The notes beneath the pieces were generated by a model that saw only the letters and a list, made by a program, of their open reading frames with translations, had not been told where the DNA came from and did not search any database. A program made the translations under genes and the position numbers. From the NCBI GenBank assembly GCA_965262725.1, contig OZ253555.1, positions 1 through 64,000 of the forward strand: a DNA stretch of 64,000 nt, written 5' to 3'. Positions 41,440 through 53,149 of the stretch are shown piece by piece; the stretch's first letter is position 1; each line of letters begins with the position of its first letter. The stretch comes from Dehalococcoidia bacterium (GTDB taxonomy: Bacteria; Chloroflexota; Dehalococcoidia; UBA2979).

Positions 41440-41970
41440 GGACACGGCGTCCACACCGATCGCGCCGAGCTGCGTGAGCCGCTCCAGGCGGCGACTGGTC
41501 AGTTCTCCCGATTGGTCGGTGAGCGCCGCGAGCTCGGCGGCGCTAAGGAGCGGATGGCGCGCCGCCCATTCGATGAGGGTCTTCTCGGCCGGGCTTGTCA
41601 CGAGCGCGAGATCGCCGAGGCGTCGCGAGACCGGTTGCGCCTCGCCGCCCGTCGCCCACGCACGCGGGGTTCTGCTCGGCGCTGCGCCGGTGCGGCGGGG
41701 CGGCGGCCTGTAGCCTTCGAGCGTTCGCGCGATCCGGGCCGCGTCCAGGACCGGTGCCTCCCCCCATCCGAGCAGCTCGACGAGCGGTGCCGCCGCGCGG
41801 CCGGGCCGCCACCACCGCGCATCGCCCGCGCCGGCCGCGTGCAGCTCCTTGCGAATCGTGAACAACAGGTCGATGCGCCCGTAGCCTGCTTCGTCCCGCC
41901 TCGCCAGCGCCTCCTCCCACACCCGCCGCTGCCAGGCGGAGCGGCAGATCACGAGCACGGGCGGCAGGCC
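41440..41970 (-). pseudogene. Replic_Relax family internal fragment
   Basis: GLPPVLVI...[23 protein letters not shown] parallels GLPPVVIA...DAAEKRLVEYVGRNPLLDEEQLA in 9929-11893. Confidence 0.7.
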
Positions 41971-41984
41971 ACCACGACCCCACC

Positions 41985-42132
41985 CTCGCACGTGCTGTCC
42001 CGCGTGCGCCCCGGCGCGATCGTCCTCATGCACGATGGTGGCGGCGAGCGCTCGCAGACCGTCGCCGCCCTCGAGACCGTGCTCGACGGGCTGACAGAGC
42101 GCGGCTACCAGTTCGGCCTGCTGTGCCGCTGA
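41985..42132 (+). pseudogene. Polysaccharide deacetylase C-terminal fragment
   Basis: [21 protein letters not shown]...GYQF. Confidence 0.8.
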
Positions 42133-42363
42133 GCCGGGACGCGACGTGCCTCGTCACGACGGGCCTCACGCTGCTCTTCCTGCGGAACGCTCCCAGAACT
42201 CCCGACCCCAGTGCCGTGCGCGTTCCGAGGGGGCACGACGCGGTCGGGCCCAGCCTCGCGGTCCCGGGCGCCGCGACGACCGCCGGCAGCACTGGAGGCC
42301 GACGAGGACGGTGACGGTATCGTGTGCGAGGGTTTGGGCTCGAACACCGAGGAGGGCGCCGTC

Positions 42364-43589
42364 GTGAAGATCGTGGTCATCGCCGTGTTGGTCCCCCTGG
42401 TCGCGATTGGCGGGGCGATCAGCGCCTTCGCCGCCGACCGGACTCTCGAGACGAACGCGAGCGTCGAGGTGCGGGTCTGGCAGAACCTGCTCGACCGCTC
42501 GCTCTACCTGAGCACCCGCCCGGAGGGGGGAGAGTGGACGACCCATGACGCCCCGATGGAACTGCGCGGCGCCCGCAAGTCGGGATACTACGAGCTCAGC
42601 AGCGCCGCGACGATCTCCGTGCCCGTCGTGGTGGAGGTCCCCGAGCCGGAGCTCAAGCGCTCGGAGACGACGGATGTGCCCGTCTCGGCCGGTGGCCCAC
42701 CCTCCGGGCCGGCCAGCTGCTGCACGGTGCGGGGGATGTCCGACAGCCCCGCGACACGGAAGGCCGTCGTGGCGGCGATGCGCGGGTGATCGCCTTCGCC
42801 CGGGAGCACTTCGGGTTCACGCACAGGGGGCCGATCACCATCAACATCGCGCACACGACCGGGGGCCTCATCGCGCGCCACGAGGAGACGTTCGGGGAGG
42901 GCCTTCGCGAGCTGCCGAGCGAGTGCTCGTTCCAGCAGGGCGAGCACATGTTCTTCGGACCCGCGTGCAGGTCGGACGAGCGTGCGATCGTCACGGAGTG
43001 GATCAACCGCGCGACGGATGCGCCCCACGTGAGTCCGAGATGGGCGAGCATCGCCACGGTCGAGTACCACCTGGCGCACTACCTGGAGGAATCTCCTCCC
43101 ACCCTGCGGGATGATCGTTTCCGGCGGGTCCTCTTCTACGAGGATGCCACGGACTTCCGCGGCGGCCAGGCGAGTGACGAGATGACGACCGCGGCGATGC
43201 TGTACGCGATCCGCGCGTACGGCTCGATCGAGGACTGGCTCGAGTTCTATCAGGAGGTCCGGGACGGCGGGGAGGAGGACGCGGCATTCGAGGCGGCGTT
43301 CGGCGTTTCCCTGCCCCGATTCTACGCGGACTTCGAGGAGTGGGCCGCGCGGCAGAAGGCGATCCTCCACACGACAGCGTACGGTTCGTGTCTGGATGCG
43401 TCGCGCCATCTCCGCCCGCGGCCGTTGCCCGAGGGCGGAGGGTTTGCCGACTACCGCGTACCGCTGGAGTGGGACGATGACGGCAACGGGTATGTGTGCG
43501 AGGACTACTCGGCGTTTCCCACGGAGACGCTGGCATGCCTGGTGGTCGGCGAGGGGCCGGCTGACGACGGGGCCGGTGGCGGCCAGTAG
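42364..43589 (+). CDS. Secreted protein, frameshift at ~42785 (possibly a sequencing error)
   Basis: GAGGAGG RBS; signal peptide; VEVRVWQ..LYLSTRPEGGEW domain; C-terminal DDDGNGYVCE Ca-binding-like motif. Confidence 0.65.
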
Positions 43590-43725
43590 GGAGGTTCACC
43601 CATCACCCGCGGGGCACGGCCGTGAACTCCGGGCAGTGTGCTCTCCCGCCGGGATCCTGCGACCGATCCTGCCCGGAACCAGCCGTGGCTACGAGTGAGA
43701 CCGGAGCGGGGCAGACGCGCCACGT

Positions 43726-45303
43726 CTACTCGTCGCAGGGCGCGAGGCCCAGGCTCCCGAGGTCGGTGTCATCCGCGCTCCACAGGGCCGGCGGAACGCA
43801 GCCGGTCAGGGAGTTCCCGCCCAGGCGGAGGACCTGCAGCCTGAGAAGGTCGCCCAGTTCTTCTGGGATCTCGCCCGTCAGACTGTTGTCGCTCAGCGAG
43901 AGCCCCCTGAGCCTGCGAAGGTCGCCCAGCTCCGCGGGGATCTCTCCCGTGAGATCGTTGCCTCCGAGCCACGGGTACCAGAGGCGTCCCAGAGCGCCGA
44001 GCTCGGGCGGGATGGGGCCGGTGAGCTCGTTCTCGTCCAGCTGGAGGGACCAGAGGTTGCCCAGCTGGCCCAGCTCCCCGGGGATGGGTCCTGAGAGCCG
44101 GTTCCGGTCCAGCCGCAGGTAGAAGAGGTTGGCCAGGTTGCCGAGCTCGGGCGGGATGGAACCGGTGAGCTCGTTCCCGTCGAGCCGGAGATCTCGCAGC
44201 CCGGTCAGGGCGCCCAGCTGTGGCGGAATACTGCCGGAGAGGCCGCGCGAGGGCAGTTCCAGCGTCCACACGCGGCCCGGCTGGCCGATCGAGGGGCCAC
44301 CGATGGTGACGCCCTCCCACTCCGCGATCGGCGTTCCTGCATCCCAGTTGAGCACGGCGTCGCCAGCGAGCACCTGCTCGGACTCGAGCAGGGCGGCGCA
44401 ATCGCTGACGAGGCCGGGGTTGTCGTCGGGGCTCGCCACGGCCGCGCCGGACTCACAGGCGAAGGCGTTGCCGCTCAGGAGCGAGAATTGCAGGCTGGCG
44501 CGGTCGGCCAGCCCCGCCGGGATCACCCCGGTCAGGGCGTTCCCGCTCAGGTCGAGGAATTGCAGGTAGCGGAGTCCGCCCAGTTCCGCGGGGATATCGC
44601 CTGCCAGATTGTTGTCGCTCAGTGAGAGTCCCCTGAGCCTGAGAAGGTCGCCCAGCTCCGCGGGGATCTCTCCCGTGAGATCGTTGCCTCCGAGCCACAG
44701 GTACCAGAGGCGGTCCAGAGCGCCGAGCTCGGGCGGGATGGGGCCGGTGAGCTCGTTCTCGTCCAGCTGGAGGGACCAGAGGTTGCCCAGCTGGCCCAGC
44801 TCCCCGGGGATGGATCCCGTGAGCCGGTTCCGGTCGAGCCGCAGGTAGAACAGGTTGCTCAGGGTGCCGAGCTCGGGCGGAATGGGCCCGGCGAGTTGGT
44901 TCCCGTCGAGCCGGAGCTCCCGCAGCTTTGTGAGAATTCCCAGTTGCGGCGGAATGCTGCCGGAGAGGCCGCGCGAGGGCAGTTCCAGCGTCCACACGCG
45001 GCCCGGCTGGCCGCTCGAGGGGTCGCTGAGGGTGACGCCCTCCCACTCTGTGATCGGCGTTCTTGCGTCCCAGTTGAGCACGGCGTCGCCAGCGAGCACC
45101 TGCTCGGACTCGAGCAGGGCGACGCAATCGCTGACGAGGCCGGGGTTGTCCGGGGGGCTCGCCACGGCCGCGCCGGACTCGCAGGCCGCGCGAGCGTCGG
45201 AGGCGACTGTTGCACTTGAGGTTTCGGACGGTGGCTGCGGCCACGGCGCGAGGAACGCTGCCAGCAGGGATGCGAGGATCACGGCCGGGTAACGAATGCG
45301 CAC
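43726..45303 (-). CDS. Secreted plant-type leucine-rich-repeat protein with an internal duplication
   Basis: LxxLxLxxNxLTGxIPxELG repeats; two copies of an ACESGAAV...LVSDC..LL...LNW...WEGV cap. Confidence 0.93.
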   Translation of the reverse strand: MRIRYPAVILASLLAAFLAPWPQPPSETSSATVASDARAACESGAAVASPPDNPGLVSDCVALLESEQVLAGDAVLNWDARTPITEWEGVTLSDPSSGQPGRVWTLELPSRGLSGSIPPQLGILTKLRELRLDGNQLAGPIPPELGTLSNLFYLRLDRNRLTGSIPGELGQLGNLWSLQLDENELTGPIPPELGALDRLWYLWLGGNDLTGEIPAELGDLLRLRGLSLSDNNLAGDIPAELGGLRYLQFLDLSGNALTGVIPAGLADRASLQFSLLSGNAFACESGAAVASPDDNPGLVSDCAALLESEQVLAGDAVLNWDAGTPIAEWEGVTIGGPSIGQPGRVWTLELPSRGLSGSIPPQLGALTGLRDLRLDGNELTGSIPPELGNLANLFYLRLDRNRLSGPIPGELGQLGNLWSLQLDENELTGPIPPELGALGRLWYPWLGGNDLTGEIPAELGDLRRLRGLSLSDNSLTGEIPEELGDLLRLQVLRLGGNSLTGCVPPALWSADDTDLGSLGLAPCDE

Positions 45304-45664
45304 CGGTGGCTCCGATGGGTTGCATCCTGCGGGCGCAGCTACTCTACAGGAGCGTGTGTGGCCTTTCGAGCCCGCGTGTGCGCACGAGACCCCGGCGTCT
45401 CAACCGTCGGCCATCGGCACCGCTCCCGTAGCGGGCAGATTGGGGTGCGTCACCATTGGTGGCACCGGGCTCCTTCGTGGCTCGCGCGTCTGACACTCAT
45501 CGCTGCGGCTCGGCGTGATGGACCGTGTTCCTGTCGGACCGGATTGCCCGGGACACCACGTCGTGAGAGTCCGGCGGTTGCTGCCTGCGTTTCACGAATG
45601 CGGCTCGTGGTGCGGTGGCGGATCCCGGAGGCGCGTGTGTGCCTTGCCGCGTGGGTGAGGACCG

Positions 45665-46315
45665 CTAGCGGACGCGGATGGCAACGATGTCGTCGCGGTC
45701 GACCCACAGATAGTCGCTGACGATGGAGGGTGCCCCCGGAATATAGATGCGGTAGCTCTGGCTGGTCACGTCCCAGTAGCCCACGGACTCGATGTCGCGC
45801 GGGATCGTGGTGACCGCGGCCGCGATGGGGGTTGCGGAGGCGCCTGTCCAGCGCATCAGCCCGATACCCGGGCCAGGAGGCAACTCGCCGACGAATGCTC
45901 CGAACGTGGCATCGGCGACTGGTGAGAGATCGAGGCGCTGAGTGCCGACTCTCCACGCCTGCGTCTGTGCGGCGGGTGATCCGGAGTCCACTTCCCCGGC
46001 CAGGAACAAGAACGTGACCGGAGCGTCTTCCACTCCGCAGCCCACCTTCGTATCGGCGGAGGCCACCGTGAGGAGGTAGAAGCCGAGCCCGTTCTCGAGG
46101 GGTGTCACGTCCGCCGTACCGCAGGTGACGTCGGAGACGGTCGCTCGCACCTTCGGGGGGATCACGCCCTCATCGCCGGGGGAGATGAAGCCGTAGAAGA
46201 TCGAGGCGGTCGTCACCTGCGCGTGAGCGCGGGAGACGACCGCCTCGGAACTGGCCATGACGGCCAGGCCGGCGGCGATGACGAGCGCCGCGACGAGTGT
46301 CGAGCGGATCGCCAT
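45665..46315 (-). CDS. Secreted hypothetical protein
   Basis: Signal peptide ending AHA; domain with paired Cys similar to the neighbouring 46337 protein. Confidence 0.75.
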   Translation of the reverse strand: MAIRSTLVAALVIAAGLAVMASSEAVVSRAHAQVTTASIFYGFISPGDEGVIPPKVRATVSDVTCGTADVTPLENGLGFYLLTVASADTKVGCGVEDAPVTFLFLAGEVDSGSPAAQTQAWRVGTQRLDLSPVADATFGAFVGELPPGPGIGLMRWTGASATPIAAAVTTIPRDIESVGYWDVTSQSYRIYIPGAPSIVSDYLWVDRDDIVAIRVR

Positions 46316-46336
46316 ACCGCCGGCCACTACTCCACG

Positions 46337-46927
46337 CTAGCGAGACCGGCCCGTCACCGAGCGCGCACCCGCGAGCATCGCCACGGCGAGGGCGCCGAGG
46401 CCAAGCGCGAGCCCGTTGCTCGAGGACGAGGTGCCGGCGAGGCCGGCGTTACCGGTGTCCGGTGGCTCCGGCGTCATGGTTTCCGTCGGCATTTCCGTCG
46501 GCATTTCCGTCGGCATTTCCGTCGGCATTTCCGTCGGCGTCTCGCCCATGTCGTAGGTCAGCGTGATGCCGTTGAAGACATCCTCCGGCGTGCCGCCAGC
46601 CGACCACTCCAGAGTCTCGGCAGCGGCGTTGCCGTCAACCGTGAAGGAGATCTCGGAGCCACCGCTGGCCTCGCACTCGCCGTCGCCGATCGTGGTCGAC
46701 CACAGGTAGCCGGTGGCACTGTCGGATGTCGCATCGACACCGGCAGTCTTGCACTCCACGCCGTCGACGGAGACGACGATCGCCGAGTCCGCAGACGCTG
46801 CGGGTCCGTAGAGGGTCATCGGCGCCTGAGCGAGCGCTGATGTCACGGAGGCGAGACCAAGGCTGAGCATGAGTGCCGCAAGAGCGAACACTCCACCCAG
46901 GCGGGTCACGCCCTTTCTGAGGATCAT
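46337..46927 (-). CDS. Surface protein with a sortase-like C-terminal signal
   Basis: Signal peptide, PTEM repeats, PPDTG + TM helix + basic tail. Confidence 0.8.
   Translation of the reverse strand: MILRKGVTRLGGVFALAALMLSLGLASVTSALAQAPMTLYGPAASADSAIVVSVDGVECKTAGVDATSDSATGYLWSTTIGDGECEASGGSEISFTVDGNAAAETLEWSAGGTPEDVFNGITLTYDMGETPTEMPTEMPTEMPTEMPTETMTPEPPDTGNAGLAGTSSSSNGLALGLGALAVAMLAGARSVTGRSR
46479..46538. repeat. 12-bp tandem repeat (ATTTCCGTCGGC x ~5)
   Basis: Seen directly; encodes PTEM. Confidence 0.9.
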
Positions 46928-47057
46928 ACGTTTCTCCCTTGTGCCTGGTGAGGGGTTCGAGGCCCCGTCCCCAGGAGTTTGGTGGTGCCTCCGGACCGCG
47001 CCTTTCTGCGCGATCCGGAGGCGATGTGCTGGTCTCAGCAGCTACCTATGCAGCTAC

Positions 47058-48956
47058 CTACCTGCACGACACGTACGCGCCTGCGTTCTCGAGCGGGAAC
47101 TCGACGTTAGCCGCGAACGCTGCGTTCACAACCGACGGCGCACCCACGATGTAGGTACCATCGTTCAGCGTGACCGTCGTGCCGGCCTCACCGCCACAGT
47201 CGAGGGCTCCGAGGAGAGCCTCCAGGCTGTCGGCGTTCAGGACGACTACCAGACCCGACTGCCCCACGACCGACGCTGCCGGCGCAGGCGGCGCAGGCGG
47301 CTCCGGCGGAGCCTCCGTGCCGATGTTCAGCGTCAGGGACTCGCGGTAAGGAGTTGTACCCTTGCCGGCGTCGATGACGAACGTCACCACGCCCGGTCGC
47401 GACGGAGCGGTGAAGGTGACCGACGCCTGACCATCCTTGGTCGTGGTGCCGTCATCACCCGTCGCGGCGCCCTCGACCAGGCCGCCGCCCTCGAGCCTGC
47501 GGATCCGGAGCTTGGTCGCGCCGACGAGCACGCCCTCGTCGTCCGTGACCGTGACCGTGATCTTGGTCTCGCTCAGAAGACCCACGTAGGAGCCTTCGGC
47601 CGGGTCGGTCGAGATGTCGGCCGGCGCACCGGCAACCTCGATCTCGGCCGAGGCCGTGAGCTTGGCCAGCGCGAAGTTGAGCGTGTGCACGCCGCGGGTC
47701 GCCGCCTCGTCGGTACCCGTCGTGGTTGCGTCGTCCTTAGGCGCCTTCACCTGGACGACACACTGGCCGGCGTTGTTGGTACCGGTCGACGCGAACACAC
47801 CCTGAACGACCCGGTCCACGGTGGAGTCACCTTCAACAGCCTCCACAGGCCCACAGGCCGGGATGTCGCCCTTGTCGACCGCGCCGTCGCCGTCGACGTC
47901 CTTGTTGACGTTGTACGGCGAGGTGGCGGCCTGGTTGTCATCTGCAACCTGGCTTGTCGTGACCTTGTTGGCATCCTTATCCGGACCGACGATCGCATCC
48001 TTGGCCGCCGGCTGGGGCTGTGCCATGGAAACCGGGTTGCCCGCGCCGTCGGTCACCGTCAGGACGACGAAGACCGACCCGCTGATCTCGACCGAGCCCT
48101 GCTCGGCCTCGGCCGTCAGGTTCTTGGCCTCGCCGAACATCGTGACCTCGACGGTCGCGGGGTCGAGGGTCCCGTGTGTGACCGTGACCACCGCGGTGCC
48201 CTCGCGTCCGGCGCCCGACAGCGTCACGACGGCGTTGCCGTTGGCCATGGGGGTGCCGCTGTCGCTGGTGAGGATCTGGCACACCTGCACGTTATTGGCC
48301 GCATTGATCTCGCTAGCGCCAGATCCGGACTGCGGGCAGTTCAGCGTGCCGAGCGTGGTGACGAACGTCAGTCGCTGATCGTTCATCCCAACCGCCGGGC
48401 TTCGGTCGTTCTTGACGTTCGCCGTGACGCTCGTCGAGCCCTCTGTGGCATCGATCGTCGTCGCTGCCGCCTTGGCCGTCAGAGAGGCCGGTTTCGGCTG
48501 GGTCTTGACCGAGATGACGATATTCGTCGCTGCAGTTGTGACGACGGCGCCGCTACCGTCCAGCACGATTTTCTGACTGACGATGATGAAGCCGTCCGCC
48601 GAGTCGTCATCGACGTTCAGCTTCACCGTAACTTCGTCAGGAGTGTTTACGCCCTCGGCGTTAGCATCGGTGTCGCAACTGCCGCTGTCGCTACAGGCGA
48701 GTGTCTGGCCGCCGCCCGAGGCGAAGCTGCCGGTGGACGTGCTGTTCTCCCCGTCGATCGTGAGGCGCACGATCCGGGCGTTTTCGACGCGAATAACCGC
48801 AGTGTCGCCCGGCTGGACGGTCGCCACACTTTGTACCACGGTGATGTCTGCGGCCTCTGCCGCCGGAGTCGAGGACGTCACTAGCACCGCGAGCGCCACA
48901 GCGAAGGCTGCGGCGATCACGAGCGCGGATGCGCCCATCCTTGTTACGTAACTCAA
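47058..48956 (-). CDS. Ig-like/S-layer-type surface protein
   Basis: GAGAGGG RBS + TTG; signal peptide; Ala/Thr/Val/Gly/Asp-rich beta repeats (TTKDGQASVTFTAP). Confidence 0.75.
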   Translation of the reverse strand: MSYVTRMGASALVIAAAFAVALAVLVTSSTPAAEAADITVVQSVATVQPGDTAVIRVENARIVRLTIDGENSTSTGSFASGGGQTLACSDSGSCDTDANAEGVNTPDEVTVKLNVDDDSADGFIIVSQKIVLDGSGAVVTTAATNIVISVKTQPKPASLTAKAAATTIDATEGSTSVTANVKNDRSPAVGMNDQRLTFVTTLGTLNCPQSGSGASEINAANNVQVCQILTSDSGTPMANGNAVVTLSGAGREGTAVVTVTHGTLDPATVEVTMFGEAKNLTAEAEQGSVEISGSVFVVLTVTDGAGNPVSMAQPQPAAKDAIVGPDKDANKVTTSQVADDNQAATSPYNVNKDVDGDGAVDKGDIPACGPVEAVEGDSTVDRVVQGVFASTGTNNAGQCVVQVKAPKDDATTTGTDEAATRGVHTLNFALAKLTASAEIEVAGAPADISTDPAEGSYVGLLSETKITVTVTDDEGVLVGATKLRIRRLEGGGLVEGAATGDDGTTTKDGQASVTFTAPSRPGVVTFVIDAGKGTTPYRESLTLNIGTEAPPEPPAPPAPAASVVGQSGLVVVLNADSLEALLGALDCGGEAGTTVTLNDGTYIVGAPSVVNAAFAANVEFPLENAGAYVSCR

Positions 48957-50486
48957 ATCGTTTCCCTCTCTCTTGGAGGTACTCGCCATCTTGATTCGGA
49001 TCACATCGAGCCCTTCGATCGCCCTCCTCGCGCGGTGGTCCCGGGGCGGGTGGATGCGGTACGGGCTTGTGCCGCCGCTCGAGCTGGACGCCGCAAACAC
49101 GTCCCGCCGTTGCCGCCTGCCGGAACCGGGCTGCCCTTCCCACGCCGAAACCACCCGGTTGGCAGTTCCGGCGCACATGGGAGTTAACGCGCCGCGAAGC
49201 CCCCGGGTTAACGGGGGCGCCCCGCGCTTCGCTCGCCACACACGTTGATAGCGCAGGCAAGCGCAAGAGTCGAGGATGCGGGCCGGGGGCTCCGCCGCGG
49301 CACGCGTCACGATCCGCAAGGGCGGGGTGACGATCGGGAGGAACGCGAGGGGCGCCGGCCATCATCACGCAGGTGCAGTGTAGCGAGGAGCTGCGTGAGT
49401 TCGCGCCTCTCCGCGCCAGCGGCGGGCAGCCAGCGAGGCTGGCGGCTCCGCGCTGCGAATCCGGCCGCCTCCCCGTCCGCGGGAGCACACGAAGGGGTTG
49501 GGACCACCCCGTCGCACGTGCGCTGCCGCCGCGTCCACACGCGCGCCGGATACGGAGCACCGCCTGCTTCCGCCCGCACCCGTTCCGCCGCGACCTGCGC
49601 CGCCGCCTCTGACCTCGCCCGCGGGTCGCGCCGGCCGGTGGAGCGAGGCGCGAGGATGCGTCCGCCCGCAGCAGGAGCGAAGCCCCGGCGCCGCGGAGTG
49701 CGGGGCGGGAGCGCGGATCCCCGCAGCCGCGGCGGCGCACGCAGCGCAGCGGACGGCGCCGCGCGCGGGGGACGCCACCATTCGCCGCGAATGTCGGGGG
49801 ACGTATTCGCCGCGAATATCCGGCGCCGCGTCCTGCGAGCGGACCTCGCGCGCAGGGGGGTCGCGCGGCAGTAGCGACCGCCGGCGAGCTCGGCGAAGGA
49901 GGCCGGCCGCGAGCACCGCATAGCTGCCGCGCGTCCGCGCGTTCCGCCGCCCGGGGCCGGGGCCGGCGCCGTGTCCGGGGAGAGGGCGCGGGCGGCGAGG
50001 CATGCCGCGGGTGCCGAATCTATACTGCCCGCGAAACCTGCGGAGGCCGCCCTGGCAGACGCATCGCCCGCGGGCCGCGCTCGCACGGGGCTCCCGCTCG
50101 CGCGTGAGCGGGAGCGGGTCCGCCCGCTGCGGGCCGATGGCGGCGACGCGTTCACCAGTGCCCGCGGCCACTCACTCCCGTCGTCAGGCCGCTGCTGCCC
50201 CGGCGCGCGCGCGCAGGCCGCGCTCCATCACCGCGGGGATGTGCGGCCCCTCAGCCGGCGTCCCCCCGGCGGGCGGCGAGGCCACCGGAGCTCGCGGGGC
50301 ACGGCGAGGGGAGCGAGCAGGCCTGCGGCGCCGGGCCGGGGTGAGGCGGGCGCCGCGAGGTGAGCAGGGCGAGGCCCGGTACCGCCGCGGCCGTCCCCCG
50401 GGGCGCGCATGCGGGCCGGGCGGCGTTCCCGCCGGGCCGGAGGGCGAGGCGGCGCCGGGGGCAGCAGGACAGAGAGGGCGTGCACC

Positions 50487-51688
50487 GTGGAGTACGAGAG
50501 CCTGACCCGGGACCGCATCAGGGCGGCCCTGGGCGACGGTCGCGCCGCCGCGTTTCGCAGCGTCACCGACTACCAGCCGGCGGGCGGTCCCGGCGACAAG
50601 GTGTTCCCGCCGACCTACGAGGGCGGGGTGTACGCCCTGGAGGAGCGCCACATAGACGGCGCCGTCGTTCCCTGCGTGCTGCTCGACGCCGTCCAGTCGC
50701 AGGCCAACCGGATGGAGCTGGCCCTGCTCGCTGACTGGAGGGCGGGGAACATCACCCTCCCGGTCGTCACGGTCGACTTCACGGGCTGCGATCTGCCGCG
50801 GCTGTTCGCGGTCACCAGCCTGGAGGCCCCGCACCGCATCGCGGATGCGCTGTTCCGCGACAGCCTGCTCGAAGGTGTTCCGTTCCGGCGCTCCGAGCCC
50901 GGCACGCGCCTCGACCTCGTGGACATCGACGACGCCACCGGCCTCTTCGAGCTGTGCCCGACGGCGCTCGTGTTCGGCTTCTGAGACTCCACCGGCCCGC
51001 GGGGCGGGCAGGGCGTCACGCTCCAGCGCGCGATCGTCTCCGAGTTCGTCGGCCTGCATGCCCGGCGCGGAGTGATGACCACAAGCCGCATCGATCCGGC
51101 CGGGATCGTGGGAAGCGCCGGCCCCATCTACCGGACCGCCGGCGGCGGGCTGTCGCTGGCCGCCTCCGACGCCGCCCCCGGCGGGGGGGCCGGCCTGCGC
51201 CCGGCCGCGGTCAACCACGGCAACCTCACGCCGAGCATCTCCGCCCCGGGCGGCGTCACGGTGAGCAAGGCCGTCCAGACGACCGTGCTCTCCCTGCCCG
51301 CGCTGAGGAGGCTCCGCTTCCCGGTCGACGGGGCCGGGGGTCCAGCGCTGGACCTGGCGGCCCGCACCGTGCTCGCGGCGCTGGCGCTGCTCGCGGCGGC
51401 GCTGGTCAGGGAGCAGGGAGCGGACCTGCGCAGCCGCTGCCTGCTGGTCGCCGAGGCCCCGGCGGTCTGGGAGCTGCTCGACGGCTCCGGCGGGGCGACC
51501 ACGTTCGCGCTGCCGTCCCAGGCGGCCCGCGAGGCGTACGAAGGGGCCGTCCTGGCCGCGCGGGCCGCCGGCCTCCCCTGGATGGATGAGGAGCTGGTGC
51601 TTGAGCCGAGCCCCTCCTGGTCGAGCTGGTGCGCCGCAGCCAGCAGCTCGCGGCCGACCCCGCGGAGGACGAGGACCCCTCCGCCTGA
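50487..51688 (+). pseudogene. csb1: Type I-G (I-U) Cas7/Csb1, in-frame TGA at 50982 and frameshift at ~51612
   Basis: QPAGGPGDKVFPPTYEG, LLDAVQSQANRME, EAPHRIADA, PTALVFGF*DST, NHGN. Confidence 0.9.
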
Positions 51689-53149
51689 TGCTCGCCCTCT
51701 CCGTCCGCTACCTGATGGGCTGGGCGATGGCGACCGATCCGACCGACCGGAGCCGCCCGGAGTGGCCCCCGCATCCCGACCGCGTCTTCATGGCGCTGGC
51801 CGCCGCCTACTTCGAGGGAGGGCGGCCGCGCGCCGGGCGCGAGGCGCTCACGTGGCTGGAGCGACAGCGCCCGCCCTCCCTGTGGGCCAGCGAGCACACC
51901 GAGCGGAGCCCCGCGACCGCGTTCGTGCCCGTCAACGATTCGGCGCTGCCCCGCACCCGGCCCGGGCAGGCGATCTCCCGGGACGCGGCCAGGCGCGCGC
52001 TGCAGCTCGTGCCGGAGCACCGCCCGAGGCAGCCCCCGGCAGTTCCCGGTCGCCGTCCCCCGCGACCCCACGATGCACCTGATCTGGGACGCCGATCCGC
52101 CGGCGGAGATCCACGGCGGCCTCGACGCACTCTGCCGCAGGGTCGTCCGGGTGGGCCATTCCGCGTCGCTGGCGGCGGCGCGCCTGGAGGGGGATCCCCC
52201 GGCTCCGAACCTGGTTCCCCGGGAGGGCTCGGGGCGGATGCGGCTGCGCGTGCCCGCGCCCGGCAGGCTGGAGCACCTGGCGGAGCAGCACCGCCGCGGC
52301 CTGCGCCCGGAGCATGCGCGGTGGGTGGGATACGGGGCGTCGGCGCACGAGCCGCCGGCGCCGGCCGCTCTGTCCGTGTTCGACTCCCGGATGCTGCTCC
52401 TGCGCAGAGTGGCCGGCCGCGAGCTGGGGCTTCCGAGCACCCTCGCGCTGACGGCGTCCTTCCGCGACGCCCTGATGGCCCGCTGCCCTGAGCCGGTGCC
52501 GGAGTGGCTGAGCGGCCACGCCCCCGGCGGAGGCCCGTCGCGGGATCCACACCTCGCGTTCCTGCCGCTCGCCCGCACCGCGGGCCCGCGCGCCGACGGC
52601 GAGCTGCTGGGAGTCGCGCTGGCCGTGCCCCGGCGGGTGAGCGTCGCCGAGCTGGCCGCGTGCCTGGGCCCGGTGATCGGACCCGGGCCCGACGGCTCGA
52701 ACCGGAGGATCCGCCTCTACGCGGGGCCGCTCTTCGAATGGGAGCTCCAGGTGGAGGAGCGCGAGGCTCCCCCCGCCCCCCTGCGCAGCGAGACCTGGAC
52801 CCGGCCCTCCGCGCGCTGGGCGACCGTCACGCCGGTCGCGTTCGACCGCCATCCGAAGGGACGGGACCAGGAGCGCCAGGTGGAGCGGATGGTGGGGCGG
52901 GCGTGCGAGCGGATCGGCCTGCCGCATCCGCTCGCCGTCGCCGCCTCCGCGATCTCGCCGCACGCGGGCGTCCCGCACGGCCGCGCCTTCCCGCCGCTGA
53001 GCCGGCGGCCGGCGGGCGGGCGGCGCCATACCCATGCGGTCATCACCTTCGAGGAGCCGGTCGCCGGTCCGGTCGTGCTCGGGGCGGGGAGGTACCGGGG
53101 CTACGGGTTCTGCCAGCCGCTGGACGGGGCCGGGGCGGGTGACCCGTGA
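51688..53149 (+). pseudogene. csb2: Type I-G Csb2 (Cas5/Cas6 fusion), frameshift at ~52035
   Basis: EWPPHPDRVFMAL, FVPVND, VGHSASL, WATVTP, GPVVLGAGRYRGYGFC. Confidence 0.9.

Noticed and set aside
50215-50240. CCGCG-N9-CGCGG hairpin upstream of csb1 as a lone CRISPR repeat
   Set aside because: Single copy without the ATTGAAG-type end; chance match likely.
49300-50450. Long overlapping Ala/Arg/Pro-rich ORFs
   Set aside because: No recognisable motifs; these are shadow ORFs of GC-rich DNA, like most antisense ORFs in the track.
50982-50984. TGA in csb1 (and TAG in fic at ~57652) as stop-codon recoding
   Set aside because: Both are single G>A changes from expected Trp codons. Other genes use TGG for Trp and TGA/TAG as stops.
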